Shown: positions 10,780 to 22,500, numbered from the stretch's first letter. The stretch: 64,000 bases of DNA from Polynucleobacter sp. (GCA_040400365.1 JBBAQJ010000004.1:458-64457), one strand, 5' to 3'. The notes: generated by a model not told the origin, from the sequence alone. Numbers and translations: made by a program.

Positions 10780-11097
10780 AAGTGTTTTGATCAGGGAATC
10801 GACTTGCTGTTCAAGCGCATTCACTTCCTGCTCAATTAAGGTTAGTTGTTCGGGGTCAACCTTGGGAGCGGTAGCCGCTTGCGCCATCGATTGCTGAGCC
10901 TTAATTAGGTCGCCCGCTAATTTAATGGCCGCCATCATGGCAGCCCGTTCAATACTCTTATTACCACTGGCGAGAGCCAACTTAATTTGTTCATCCACTA
11001 AGGAGCAAGCCTCACGCAGTAATGGCTCATGATCGCTTGACGTAGCAAGCATGATTTTGTGGCCAGCAAGACTAACTTCAATGCGTTGTTGGGTCAT
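10744..11097 (-). CDS. zapA: Cell division protein ZapA
   Basis: IEVSLAG..., A..VDEQI, ERAAMMAAI pattern plus C-terminal coiled coil; zapB-zapA-ssrS synteny; start may be 11097 or 11109. Confidence 0.82.
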   Translation of the reverse strand: MTQQRIEVSLAGHKIMLATSSDHEPLLREACSLVDEQIKLALASGNKSIERAAMMAAIKLAGDLIKAQQSMAQAATAPKVDPEQLTLIEQEVNALEQQVDSLIKTLSLPGAPRPIVP

Positions 11098-11317
11098 GGT
11101 CTTTGTCAATGATTGTGTTATCGCCCAACAGGTTCATTTGGCGAGAATCGCTTTGCTCTGGCAGGCGCTTTAGGATGTGCTCAATGCGCTTTTGGGCATC
11201 CTCAATTTTTGACTCAAGGGCAACGCGGTCATTTCGTAATGCCTCAACGGAGGCATTCACCATTTTTAACTTCTCAGAAAGGAGTCGGAGCGTTTGCTCG
11301 ATGGAATCTTGTGACAT
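11078..11317 (-). CDS. ZapB-like coiled-coil protein (DUF904-like)
   Basis: Short all-helical heptad protein (IEDAQKRIEHILKRLP) directly upstream of zapA. Confidence 0.7.
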   Translation of the reverse strand: MSQDSIEQTLRLLSEKLKMVNASVEALRNDRVALESKIEDAQKRIEHILKRLPEQSDSRQMNLLGDNTIIDKDHDPTTH

Positions 11318-11336
11318 AAACAAGATCGTATCAGAA

Positions 11337-11873
11337 CTAGGCTAATTTCTTTTTAGAGGTCTCGGTCACCAGATAGAACGCCAATGAGGCAACGGCAACG
11401 TAGCAGAGGGTGAAGAACAAATTACCGAAGAAATAGGTCCCAAACAGTTCAGCAAATCCAACAAGCGAAGCATTGCTCTTTTGCAGATAAAAGGCCCCAC
11501 TCGAGATTAGTTCGCAAATGGCGACACCACCAATTAGAGCCACAGTAAATTGGCCAATTTTGAAGCCTTGTTGTTCGTAGTACTGCCGCAACCACCGACC
11601 AGCTAGCCAAAGTGCTAAATACGCAGGAACTAAGGCTACATAGGCAACGTTAAAAAGGTAATTACCCATCGCCAAGTAGTCGATCACAAAAGCCTGAACC
11701 AAAACGATCAGGAAAAGAATGGGGCTCAACAAAAAACCAAGCATGAAGGCAATGGCCCAAGTGGCATCTGGCAGGCTCATCATGGAGGCCACATGCTGTC
11801 CTCGCGTAGCCCACAAAATCAAGGAAAAAACGACTGCAATCCCTACGGTCTGTTTGGTCGAAAGATTAAACAT
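11337..11873 (-). CDS. btuM: BtuM-like solitary ECF S-component cobalamin transporter
   Basis: TRGQH..SLPDATWAI, VIDY, AY..LVPAYLALWLAGR, ELISSGAFY segments match BtuM; directly downstream of btuB under a B12 riboswitch. Confidence 0.78.
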   Translation of the reverse strand: MFNLSTKQTVGIAVVFSLILWATRGQHVASMMSLPDATWAIAFMLGFLLSPILFLIVLVQAFVIDYLAMGNYLFNVAYVALVPAYLALWLAGRWLRQYYEQQGFKIGQFTVALIGGVAICELISSGAFYLQKSNASLVGFAELFGTYFFGNLFFTLCYVAVASLAFYLVTETSKKKLA

Positions 11874-11925
11874 GTTTCCTCCTTGAGTAATAAGCCTATT
11901 TTAGACCTAAATTAGCACAAAACCC

Positions 11926-13902
11926 TTATTTCATGGCGTACCGAATCCCGACAAAAAGGTTCGAGCCTGGGGTGTTGTAACCATAAGATAGTTGGTAATC
12001 TTTATTGAAGATATTGTTCCAACGACCAAAGACCGACCAGTCCTTTGCAAACTCGTAATTGCCATACAGGTTGAAGATGGCATAGCCGCCCATGTAACCA
12101 GAGTTACCCGAGTTGTAGCGACCGCCTTGGAAAGTTCCCTCGGCACCCATATTCACTTTCCGATAGCGGTACTCTGCACCAAGGTTTCCAAATTGACGAG
12201 CACGTTTTGCTAGCAGAAATCCCGTAGTCTGATCAATTGGGTTTTGTTGATCATAAGATGCCTTTAACCGAAGACTTGATAACTTTGCAATGCCGCCAAC
12301 CGACACACCAGAGATTTTTGCAACACCAGCGTTTCCAGCGCAACCATAGTTTGGACCATTGAGTTGTGCAATCGTGCATGGGGGAGCGGTAGTGGTGTAC
12401 TGAATGAGGTTGGTGATAGTGCTATTAAAGCCAACTAAATGAAGATCTAATTTACTGGATTCATAGTGCAGACCAATCTCGGTATTTTTACTCTTTTCCG
12501 CTTGCAAATTTGTATTACCGTAATCTGGAAAATACAAATCATTAAATGAAGGCGCCTTAAAGCCGGTGCCGTAATTAATATTGCCCCGAATTTGTTTGGA
12601 GAAAAAGTAACCATACGATGCGCTACCGGTTGTTTGTGGTCCATACCCAGTAATGCTGTCATTGCGAATCGCTAGGTTTGCTAAGTGAGATCCGCGCTTA
12701 AGTTGGTATGACCCAGCCACGGTATTGGTATTTTGGTTTTGACTGACAATTCCACCATCATTCGAATACCCGTTTAAACTTTTTCGCTCTGCAACGAGTT
12801 GCAATAAATCGCTGCCAATTTTGATATCGTTTTGCCAGGAATAAATCATCTGTTTTGTTTTATAAACAGGATTTCCGGTACTGTAGAGATTCTGTGAGTA
12901 ATCATTTGACTGGGAGACTTGAAGCATACTTTTCCAGTCTTTATTTATTTGATTGTTCGAGAATAGAGAAAAGATTCCCAAATTACTAATTTGGCTCCCA
13001 ATCCCACCTCCATAAAAACTAGAGACAGGGTATTGATTGTCGAGTCGCGACGCTAAAAACTGAAATCCAAATTCTTGGCCACGATCCCATTCCTGAGCAA
13101 TACGACCGGCGCCCCCACTCTTTGTATAGCCGGTTCGATTCATATTCAAACCATTGCCACAAAAATTTCCATTTAATGTCGCTCGTGACTGAGTATTGGG
13201 ATTGCAAACGTTATTTGCTGCAACGGACGTAAATCCAGTAGAAATTTCTTGGGATCCACTGAGGGCATAACTTGTTGTCCTGGTATCTCCAAAGGAACCA
13301 TAAAGGCTGGCATCCGTAATACTCGTGCCATAACTGCCATACCCTGTTGAGGCATTCGCCTGAAACGGCCCCGTTCCCTTTTTAGTGAATATTTGTATTA
13401 CGCCACCAATAGCGTCAGAGCCGTACAGGCTACTCTGCGGCCCAAAAATAATTTCAATTCGATCAATGATGCCCAGTGGAATTGCTTGTAACGAAAATCC
13501 ACCTGTTCCCGCGGCTTGACTGCGAACTCCATCAACCAATAAGAGCGCTTGATTCGAGTTTGATCCTCGCAAAAATACGCTTGCTGCTGATCCGGGGCCA
13601 CCAATAGTAGAAATCTCGACCCCCCTTTGCCGCTGTAATAGCTCCACCAGACTGGTTTGTCCGGCATCAGCGATTTCTTCTGGGCCGATGTAGACGTAGT
13701 CAGCTAGCACGTCGTTGGCTCGCGTGGGGGTGCGAGTTGCAGTGACAATCACCGGATCCATTGCATTATTGGCTGTGCTCACTGAGACATTGCCACTTTG
13801 GGCGTAGACAGTTTGGTTACTAAAAACGATGGTTGATGCTAGGGTAAGGATGGATAGGCGCCAACGATTGTTGACCCCCCAAAGGTTACGGCAAGGTTGC
13901 AT
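11926..13902 (-). CDS. btuB: TonB-dependent vitamin B12 receptor
   Basis: TonB box DPVIVTATR, plug IDRIEII.GPQSSLYGSDAIGGVI, GTGFKAPSFNDLY, C-terminal beta-strand; riboswitch upstream; start placed at ATG 13902, downstream of the riboswitch. Confidence 0.9.
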   Translation of the reverse strand: MQPCRNLWGVNNRWRLSILTLASTIVFSNQTVYAQSGNVSVSTANNAMDPVIVTATRTPTRANDVLADYVYIGPEEIADAGQTSLVELLQRQRGVEISTIGGPGSAASVFLRGSNSNQALLLVDGVRSQAAGTGGFSLQAIPLGIIDRIEIIFGPQSSLYGSDAIGGVIQIFTKKGTGPFQANASTGYGSYGTSITDASLYGSFGDTRTTSYALSGSQEISTGFTSVAANNVCNPNTQSRATLNGNFCGNGLNMNRTGYTKSGGAGRIAQEWDRGQEFGFQFLASRLDNQYPVSSFYGGGIGSQISNLGIFSLFSNNQINKDWKSMLQVSQSNDYSQNLYSTGNPVYKTKQMIYSWQNDIKIGSDLLQLVAERKSLNGYSNDGGIVSQNQNTNTVAGSYQLKRGSHLANLAIRNDSITGYGPQTTGSASYGYFFSKQIRGNINYGTGFKAPSFNDLYFPDYGNTNLQAEKSKNTEIGLHYESSKLDLHLVGFNSTITNLIQYTTTAPPCTIAQLNGPNYGCAGNAGVAKISGVSVGGIAKLSSLRLKASYDQQNPIDQTTGFLLAKRARQFGNLGAEYRYRKVNMGAEGTFQGGRYNSGNSGYMGGYAIFNLYGNYEFAKDWSVFGRWNNIFNKDYQLSYGYNTPGSNLFVGIRYAMK

Positions 13903-14035
13903 GACAAATCCCAAGTTGTAATGCCTGCCAACCTCCCCGTTAGCGGGCGATACAGAGTTCGGAATAGGGATGAGCGTCAATGAGGGCGAACGAGGACCCT
14001 TTATTGGCGCGCGAAGGTCCCCGTTCACGAAATTC

Positions 14036-14224
14036 CACCTGTCTTGGCCGGTATCCGGGCTGGTGAACTTTAGATTTGGCCTTCCCATGCATTGATACAC
14101 AGTGGCTAATCAAACCATAGCGCTAAACAACTAGCGCATTCACTTACCGTTGCGGGGGCAGCACACGTTTGAGTAGTGTTTCCCGTTTAACCCAAATGCA
14201 GGCATTTGGGCACCACGACAGGTT
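14036..14224 (-). promoter_or_regulatory. Cobalamin (AdoCbl) riboswitch
   Basis: Minus-strand motifs GGUGC...UUAAACGGGAA...CUGCCCCCGCAACGGUAA...GCCACUG...GGGAAGGC...AGCCCGGAUACCGGCC in order, closed by CCUGUC/GACAGG; upstream of btuB. Confidence 0.93.
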
Positions 14225-14301
14225 CATATTACCCTATTTGTGACTGGGAATATCACAAATATCCCTAGGCTTACAATAAGAGTCTCGAATAAAGATTTTT
14301 A

Positions 14302-14919
14302 ATGACCATACTAGACAGACACCCTGAGAAAAATCTAATTCGCTTACAGCTTAGCCAAAATATTGTTCTGCGCAATCTAGATCCAGGCAGCATGGCTGAA
14401 TTAGAGAGCTCCCTTGAGATCTCGGATCTAAAGAAATCCGAGATCTTATTGCGCCAAGGTAACTATCAAATGGAGCAGTACTTTGTCCTCGATGGAATCT
14501 TGAAACGCATCGTTTCAAGTGCCGACGCAAAAGAAATGATCTTGCGTTTTGCAATTGAGAAAGATATTGAAACCAGTTATGCCGCTTGGCGCTTGCAGCG
14601 CGCCGCTCCATACAGTATTGCCTCAGTTACCAAGGCTAGAGTGGCGCGGATGCCACTTAAAAAGTGGGCTGAGTTTTTAGAGAATCATCCAAAACTCAAA
14701 GAAAGTTTTGAGTTTGAGGTGATGCGTCTCATGAGCGAAATCATGGCGCACACAATTACGTTGCATATGCTTGATGCCCCAGGCCGGGTCGAACGATTTT
14801 TACGGAAATATGAAAACCTGTTCGACGTTTTGCCCAAGAAAGAATTAGCCGCGTATCTCAATCTTTCGCCCGAAACTCTGAGCCGTTTGAAGAGCAAACA
14901 CAAAGAGCTTTTTATATAA
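14302..14919 (+). CDS. Crp/Fnr-family transcriptional regulator (no Fe-S cysteines)
   Basis: cNMP-binding fold (YFVLDGIL) and C-terminal HTH ELAAYLNLSPETLSR; no Cys in the protein. Confidence 0.9.
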   Translation: MTILDRHPEKNLIRLQLSQNIVLRNLDPGSMAELESSLEISDLKKSEILLRQGNYQMEQYFVLDGILKRIVSSADAKEMILRFAIEKDIETSYAAWRLQRAAPYSIASVTKARVARMPLKKWAEFLENHPKLKESFEFEVMRLMSEIMAHTITLHMLDAPGRVERFLRKYENLFDVLPKKELAAYLNLSPETLSRLKSKHKELFI

Positions 14920-14986
14920 AATAAAAGGGTTATTTCAAGGATTAAGTAGGCTATAACCCTACGTTTTTATTGGATTTTAGGGGAAA

Positions 14987-15000
14987 TTGACGAAAGTCAA
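14987..15000 (+). promoter_or_regulatory. FNR/Crp-type binding box upstream of oxc
   Basis: Palindrome TTGAC-GAAA-GTCAA, 22 nt upstream of -10-like TAAGAT (15023-15028). Confidence 0.75.
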
Positions 15001-15103
15001 TGCCGAACCTATCCATGAGTTCTAAGATTCGTCTCAGTTCAACTGAGACTCTTTTATGGAGGCGAAGTTGAAGACAACCAATCCCACGGAGAGAGACAAC
15101 GTT

Positions 15104-16840
15104 ATGTTGACAGCTACGAAAGAGCATTCTGCCAATGTCGCTGCAGAAAATACCCCAGTAACCGACGGTTTTCATTTGGTGATCGATGCCTTAAAGGCTA
15201 ACGACATCGATACTATTTTTGGACTGGTTGGTATTCCAATTACCGATTTGGCGCGTTTGGCTCAAGCTGAGGGAATGCGCTTTATTGGATTTCGTCACGA
15301 ACAGCATGCGGGCAATGCTGCGGCGATTGCCGGTTATATGACCCAAAAACCTGGTATTTGTTTAACAGTGTCTGCACCTGGATTCTTGAATGGTTTGACT
15401 GCCCTAGCTAATGCAACCACCAACTGCTTCCCCATGATCTTGATTTCTGGTTCAAGCGAGCGTGAGATTGTGGACTTGCAACAGGGTGACTATGAAGAGA
15501 TGGATCAGTTAAACGCTGCTAAGCCATATGCGAAAGCCTCCTACCGGATTAATAAGGCAGAAGACATTGCCATTGGTGTTGCGCGTGCGATTCGTGCTGC
15601 AGTATCAGGGCGCCCAGGCGGCGTTTACCTCGACCTACCTGCACAGTTGCTTGGGCAAAGTATTCCTGCTCAAAAAGGAAAAGAGTCGTTATTTCGTGTG
15701 ATTGACGCAGCACCAAAGCAAATTCCTGCTCCAGACGCCATCAAGCGCGCCATCGATGTTTTGAAGAATGCCAAACGCCCCTTGATTCTGTTGGGCAAAG
15801 GCGCGGCTTATGCACAAGCTGATCAAGAGATCAAAGATTTGGTTGAGAAATCAGGCATTCCCTATTTGCCAATGTCAATGGCAAAAGGTTTGTTACCAGA
15901 TACCCATCCACAGTGCGCATCCGCAGCGCGTTCATTTGTGTTGGCAGAAGCCGATACTGTGATGTTAGTTGGTGCCCGCCTGAATTGGTTATTGGCTCAC
16001 GGTAAAGGTAAAACCTGGGGCAATCATTTGAAGAAATTTATCCAGATTGATATTGCACCAACTGAAATTGATAGTAACGTTCCAATCGCAGCCCCTGTCA
16101 TTGGTGATGTTGGCTCGTGTGTCACCGAGATCTTGAAGCAAATTACAGGCGTTCCCAAGCCCAGCGCTGAGTGGATTAACGCGATCAATCAGAAAAAAGA
16201 TAAAAATATCGCCAAGATGGAGGAGACCCTTGCTCAGAATCCCTCCCCTATGAACTTTCACAGTGCATTGCGTGCAATTCGTGAGGTGGTGAAAGCTAAT
16301 CCCGATGTCAATATCGTAAACGAAGGCGCCAATACGCTTGACTATGCTCGCAGCATCGTCAATATGTATAAGCCACGTAAGCGTTTTGACTCCGGAACCT
16401 GGGGCATTATGGGTATTGGTATGGGCTATGCCATTGGCGCAGCGGTTGTTAGCAAGCAGCCGGTGATTGCGATCGAGGGCGATAGCGCGTTTGGTTTTAG
16501 TGGCATGGAGCTCGAAACCATCTGCCGTTACAACCTCCCAATCATCACGGTGGTATTTAACAACAACGGTGTTTATCGTGGTACCGATGTGAACCCCACG
16601 GGTGGTGCCGATGTAGCTCCAACCGTGTTTGTGAAGAATGCCCGTTACGACAAGATGATGGAGGCGTTTGGTGGCGTTGGATACAACGTTACTACTCCCG
16701 AGGAGTTGACTGATGCATTGAACAAGTCACTCGCCTCTGGTAAGCCTACTGTTATTAATGCCGTGATTGACGAAACTGCCGGAACTGAGAGTGGTCGCTT
16801 AACCAACCTCAACCCAGCTTCTACTGCAACCAAGAAGTAA
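15104..16840 (+). CDS. oxc: Oxalyl-CoA decarboxylase
   Basis: [35 protein letters not shown] motif [14 protein letters not shown]...NNNG, GTESG; SD GGAG before ATG 15104 (ORF track start 15056). Confidence 0.97.
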   Translation: MLTATKEHSANVAAENTPVTDGFHLVIDALKANDIDTIFGLVGIPITDLARLAQAEGMRFIGFRHEQHAGNAAAIAGYMTQKPGICLTVSAPGFLNGLTALANATTNCFPMILISGSSEREIVDLQQGDYEEMDQLNAAKPYAKASYRINKAEDIAIGVARAIRAAVSGRPGGVYLDLPAQLLGQSIPAQKGKESLFRVIDAAPKQIPAPDAIKRAIDVLKNAKRPLILLGKGAAYAQADQEIKDLVEKSGIPYLPMSMAKGLLPDTHPQCASAARSFVLAEADTVMLVGARLNWLLAHGKGKTWGNHLKKFIQIDIAPTEIDSNVPIAAPVIGDVGSCVTEILKQITGVPKPSAEWINAINQKKDKNIAKMEETLAQNPSPMNFHSALRAIREVVKANPDVNIVNEGANTLDYARSIVNMYKPRKRFDSGTWGIMGIGMGYAIGAAVVSKQPVIAIEGDSAFGFSGMELETICRYNLPIITVVFNNNGVYRGTDVNPTGGADVAPTVFVKNARYDKMMEAFGGVGYNVTTPEELTDALNKSLASGKPTVINAVIDETAGTESGRLTNLNPASTATKK

Positions 16841-16877
16841 TCATTAATTGATATAAAGAGTCCAAAGGAGATTCAAG

Positions 16878-18128
16878 ATGAGTAAACCACTAGACGGAAT
16901 TCGGATTATCGATTTCACCCACGTACAAGCAGGTCCCGCTTGCACCCAATTACTCGGCTTTTATGGTGCCGACGTGATTAAAGTAGAGCGTCCTGGTTCA
17001 GGCGATGTGACCCGTAGTCAGTTGCGTGACATTCCCGATGCCGATGCTTTGTATTTCACGATGCTCAATGGCAATAAGCGTTCTTTAACCTTGGATACCA
17101 AAACTCCTGAGGGCAAAGAGGTGCTCGAGAAGTTGATCAAGGTTTCTGATGTGATGGTTGAGAACTTTGGTCCAGGCGCTTTGGATCGCATGGGATTCTC
17201 ATGGGATCGCATTATGGAACTGAACCCCAAGATGATCTTGGCCTCAGTCAAAGGCTTCTCAGACGGTCACTCGTATGAGGATCTAAAAGTGTATGAGAAC
17301 GTCGCTCAGTGCGCTGGCGGTGCAGCATCGACCACCGGTTTCTGGGACGGTCCTCCCACCGTATCTGCTGCTGCATTGGGCGATAGCAATACCGGTATGC
17401 ACTTGGCAATTGGTATCTTGACCGCCCTGATGCACCGTCAAAAGACCGGCAAAGGCCAGAAAGTGGCTTGCTCAATGCAAGACGCTGTATTGAACCTCTG
17501 CCGTGTGAAGTTGCGTGATCAACAGCGTTTGGATCGTGTCGGTTATCTCGAAGAGTATCCACAGTACCCCCATGGCAAGTTTAGTGATGTCGTACCCCGT
17601 GGCGGTAACGCCGGTGGTGGTGGTCAGCCTGGCTGGGTCTTAAAGTGCAAAGGTTGGGAAACTGATCCAAATGCCTACATCTATTTCACGATTCAAGGTC
17701 ACGCTTGGGAGCCAATTACCAAGGCTCTTGGCAAACCAGAGTGGGCAACTGATCCAGCGTACATGACTGCGCAGGCTCGTCAAGACAAAATTTTTGACAT
17801 CTTCGCAACCATCGAAGATTGGCTCAAAGATAAGACCAAGTACGAAGCGGTTGATATCTTGCGTAAGTTTGATATTCCATGCGCACCCGTACTCTCAATG
17901 AAGGAGATTGCTGAGTCACCTGACTTGCGTGCGAGTGGTTCGATTGTGGAAGTGGATCACAAAGTACGCGGTAAGTACCTCACGATTGGTAGCCCCATTA
18001 AGTTCTCCGATCTGGAGATTGAGGTGAAGCCATCCCCAGTATTGGGTGAGCACACCGATGAAGTTCTATCGGATCTAGGCTATAGCAAGGACCAAATTGC
18101 TCAGTTACATGCGGCAAAAGCAGTTTGA
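16878..18128 (+). CDS. frc: Formyl-CoA:oxalate CoA-transferase (copy 1)
   Basis: [15 protein letters not shown], catalytic [15 protein letters not shown] tetraglycine loop. Confidence 0.96.
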   Translation: MSKPLDGIRIIDFTHVQAGPACTQLLGFYGADVIKVERPGSGDVTRSQLRDIPDADALYFTMLNGNKRSLTLDTKTPEGKEVLEKLIKVSDVMVENFGPGALDRMGFSWDRIMELNPKMILASVKGFSDGHSYEDLKVYENVAQCAGGAASTTGFWDGPPTVSAAALGDSNTGMHLAIGILTALMHRQKTGKGQKVACSMQDAVLNLCRVKLRDQQRLDRVGYLEEYPQYPHGKFSDVVPRGGNAGGGGQPGWVLKCKGWETDPNAYIYFTIQGHAWEPITKALGKPEWATDPAYMTAQARQDKIFDIFATIEDWLKDKTKYEAVDILRKFDIPCAPVLSMKEIAESPDLRASGSIVEVDHKVRGKYLTIGSPIKFSDLEIEVKPSPVLGEHTDEVLSDLGYSKDQIAQLHAAKAV

Positions 18129-18146
18129 TCGTATTAGCTGTTAAAG

Positions 18147-18175
18147 AATGGCGCCTGCGGGCGCCATTTGTTTTT
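18147..18175 (+). terminator. Rho-independent terminator after frc
   Basis: AATGGCGCC-TGCG-GGCGCCATT followed by TGTTTTT. Confidence 0.75.
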
Positions 18176-18193
18176 CAGAGGGGGGCATGAAAC

Positions 18194-18316
18194 ATGAACC
18201 ATGAAGTGGATCTTCATTAGCTCATTGAGGTGATTCGAGACAAAACTGCTCGATTCTTGGAAGAAAAAGAGCTTAAAAAGTGCCTGATCGAGCTGGAATC
18301 CAAGCCAGGGGCTTGA
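18194..18316 (+). pseudogene. Remnant of a small PAS-domain protein gene
   Basis: Purine-rich SD then MNHEVDLH*LIEVIRDKTARFLEEKELKKCLIELESKPGA*; in-frame TAG at codon 9; PAS-like start fused to the PAC-end 'IRD.T.R' coiled coil. Confidence 0.6.
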
Positions 18317-18418
18317 TCCAGCGGCTACCTCGGATTGGAACTGGATCGCCATTTTTAGCCAATATCAGCACTGGTAAAATGGCTTTCATCATATTTTCAT
18401 ACTTTTTAGGACTTTATT

Positions 18419-19666
18419 ATGGCTAAAGCACTTGAGGGGATTAAGGTCCTCGACTTTACGCACGTTCAATCTGGGCCGACGTGCACCCAGTTACTCGCTT
18501 GGTTTGGAGCGGATGTCATCAAGGTGGAGCGCTCGGGCGAGGGCGATGCAACACGCAATCAGCTTCAAGATATACCCGATGCCGATAGCTTGTATTTCAC
18601 AATGCTCAATCACAACAAGCGCTCCATTACCGTGAATACCAAAACACCAGAGGGCAAAGATATTCTGGAGCGTCTTATTCAGAAGTGTGATGTCTTGGTT
18701 GAGAACTTTGCACCGGGCGCCCTTGATCGAATGGGATTTACTTGGCAGCGTATCCAAGAACTCAACCCCCGTATGATCATGGCCTCAATCAAAGGCTTTG
18801 GACCAGGGCCTTATGAGGATTGCAAGGTGTATGAGAACGTTGCGCAATGTGCTGGTGGTTCGGCATCAACCACAGGCTTTGATGATGGCCCACCCATGGT
18901 AACGGGTGCACAGATTGGTGATAGCGGCACTGGTTTGCATTTGGCGCTTGGGATTGTGACCGCGCTCTATCATCGTACCCACTCTGGAAAGGGGCAAAAG
19001 GTCGATGCCGCTATGCAAGACGCGGTTCTCAATCTTTGCCGCGTCAAACTACGCGACCAACAGCGCTTGGATCGTAATGGCACGATGCAAGAGTATCCAC
19101 AGTTTCCTAACGGTAAGTTTGGCGATGCGGTTCCCCGTGCCGGTAACGCTTCGGGTGGTGGTCAGCCCGGTTGGATTTTGAAGTGCAAGGGTTGGGAAAC
19201 CGATCCTAATTCCTATATCTACATTGTGGTTCAGGCTGCTGTGTGGGAGGCGATTTGTAAAGTGATTGGACGTGAAGATTGGCTCACTGACACCGATTAC
19301 GCATCTCCTATGGCTCGTTTGCCGCGTCTCATGAGCATCTTTGCAGAGATTGAGAAATGGACCATGACCAAGACAAAGTTTGAGGTCATGAATACGCTCA
19401 ATCAGTACGATGTGCCTTGTGGCCCAATCCTCTCCATGAAAGAGATTGCTGAAGAACCTGCCTTGCGTGCAACTGGTACGGTGGTGGAAGTCGATCACCC
19501 CATTCGTGGTAAGTATTTGACCGTTGGTAACCCGATCAAATTGTCCGATAGCCCTACCGAGGTTACCCGTTCACCCCTATTGGGTGAGCACACCGATGAG
19601 ATCTTGCAAGAACTTGGCTTTAATATCGATGATCTAATTGATTTACGACATAAGAAAGTCATCTAA
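18419..19666 (+). CDS. frc: Formyl-CoA transferase (copy 2)
   Basis: [30 protein letters not shown]; clear paralog of 16878-18128. Confidence 0.94.
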   Translation: MAKALEGIKVLDFTHVQSGPTCTQLLAWFGADVIKVERSGEGDATRNQLQDIPDADSLYFTMLNHNKRSITVNTKTPEGKDILERLIQKCDVLVENFAPGALDRMGFTWQRIQELNPRMIMASIKGFGPGPYEDCKVYENVAQCAGGSASTTGFDDGPPMVTGAQIGDSGTGLHLALGIVTALYHRTHSGKGQKVDAAMQDAVLNLCRVKLRDQQRLDRNGTMQEYPQFPNGKFGDAVPRAGNASGGGQPGWILKCKGWETDPNSYIYIVVQAAVWEAICKVIGREDWLTDTDYASPMARLPRLMSIFAEIEKWTMTKTKFEVMNTLNQYDVPCGPILSMKEIAEEPALRATGTVVEVDHPIRGKYLTVGNPIKLSDSPTEVTRSPLLGEHTDEILQELGFNIDDLIDLRHKKVI

Positions 19667-20601
19667 TGCGTATTGCACTGATTGGCAGTCAGGATTTTGG
19701 TAAAGCCGCACTTGAGGCTTTTCTGGAGCGCGGGGATGAGGTGGTGGCCGTGTTTTGTCCACCCGATAATCCGAAGGCTACCAAGCCCGAGATCCTAAAA
19801 GAGACCGCTTTGGCTCGGGGCCTCAATATGCTCCAGTTCCCAACTCTTAAGGGGCCTGAGGCTGCCAATGCGATGCGCGATAGCAAGGCGGACATTTGTG
19901 TGATGGCCTATGTATTGCAATTTGTACCGCAGGATTTGGTGAAGATCCCACGCTTTGGCACGATTCAGTATCACCCATCCCTTTTGCCAAAATACCGCGG
20001 TCCCAGTGCCATCGGTTGGTCGATTGCATTAGGTGAGACCAAAACTGGATTAACCATCTTTAGGCCTTCTGATGGGTTGGATGAAGGCGAAATCATTTTG
20101 CAAAAGGAAGTGCCGATTGGTCCAGACGACACCCTGGGTCAGGTGTACTTTAATCATCTCTTCCCATTGGGGATCAAGGCATTACTCGAGGCTGCTGACC
20201 TCGTGGCTGCCGGTAAGCATCAAGAAATAGTGCAAGATGAGTCGCAAGCGAACTACGAAGGGTGGTTTGATCAAGCCGCCGCTCGGATTCATTGGTCCAA
20301 TCATGTGAGCCAAATCTATAACTTGATTCGGGCATGTAACCCAGCCCCAGGTGCATGGACTGCTCTCAACGGTGAGAAGGTTCAGATCTATGACGTGCGC
20401 AAGCATGTCACCCCGACCTTCGGATCGGTTAAAGGGAAACCTGGTGAAGTGGTTGAGATAAGCTCAGACTCATTTAAGGTCGCTTGCCACGGCGGGCAGA
20501 TTGAGGTTCTTAAAGCCAAAGCCGGAAAAGGTTCTAAAGTCTCTGGCGCTGAGTGTGCCAGTGTGGCCGGTATTCAAGTTGGTCAGTTCTTTGACGCTTA
20601 A
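19666..20601 (+). CDS. Formyltransferase (Fmt/10-formyl-THF dehydrogenase N-terminal hydrolase-like)
   Basis: YHPSLLPKYRG folate-binding motif, DGLDEG, C-terminal Fmt_C domain (IRACNPAPGAW); TAATG overlap with frc2. Confidence 0.85.
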   Translation: MRIALIGSQDFGKAALEAFLERGDEVVAVFCPPDNPKATKPEILKETALARGLNMLQFPTLKGPEAANAMRDSKADICVMAYVLQFVPQDLVKIPRFGTIQYHPSLLPKYRGPSAIGWSIALGETKTGLTIFRPSDGLDEGEIILQKEVPIGPDDTLGQVYFNHLFPLGIKALLEAADLVAAGKHQEIVQDESQANYEGWFDQAAARIHWSNHVSQIYNLIRACNPAPGAWTALNGEKVQIYDVRKHVTPTFGSVKGKPGEVVEISSDSFKVACHGGQIEVLKAKAGKGSKVSGAECASVAGIQVGQFFDA

Positions 20602-20604
20602 ACC

Positions 20605-22311
<1,707 letters not shown>

Positions 22312-22325
<14 letters not shown>

Positions 22326-22500
22326 ACACGTAGGCGCGTTGTTTGACTTTAGCCAGTTGGTTACGGCGGATCTCTTCAGGACTCAATGCGGGCTTATCCC
22401 ACAACAGAGCACGACCTTCACGCTGCGCTTGTTCCAGTTGAGGATTTTGAGATTTGAGTTTTTCTAAAAATAAGGTCGCTTGAGATTTATATTTCTTCAT
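22312..22500 (-). CDS. DUF3460-family small protein
   Basis: Y.S.AT.FL..LK..NP.LE..QREGRALLWDK...VKQRAYVY pattern; upstream of scpA. Confidence 0.75.

Noticed and set aside
13903-14100. 66-codon N-terminal extension of btuB in the ORF track
   Set aside because: Runs through the cobalamin riboswitch and leader; signal-peptide-like sequence begins only after ATG 13902
18134-18352. 72-aa minus-strand ORF between the frc genes
   Set aside because: Antisense shadow of the terminator and the plus-strand PAS remnant
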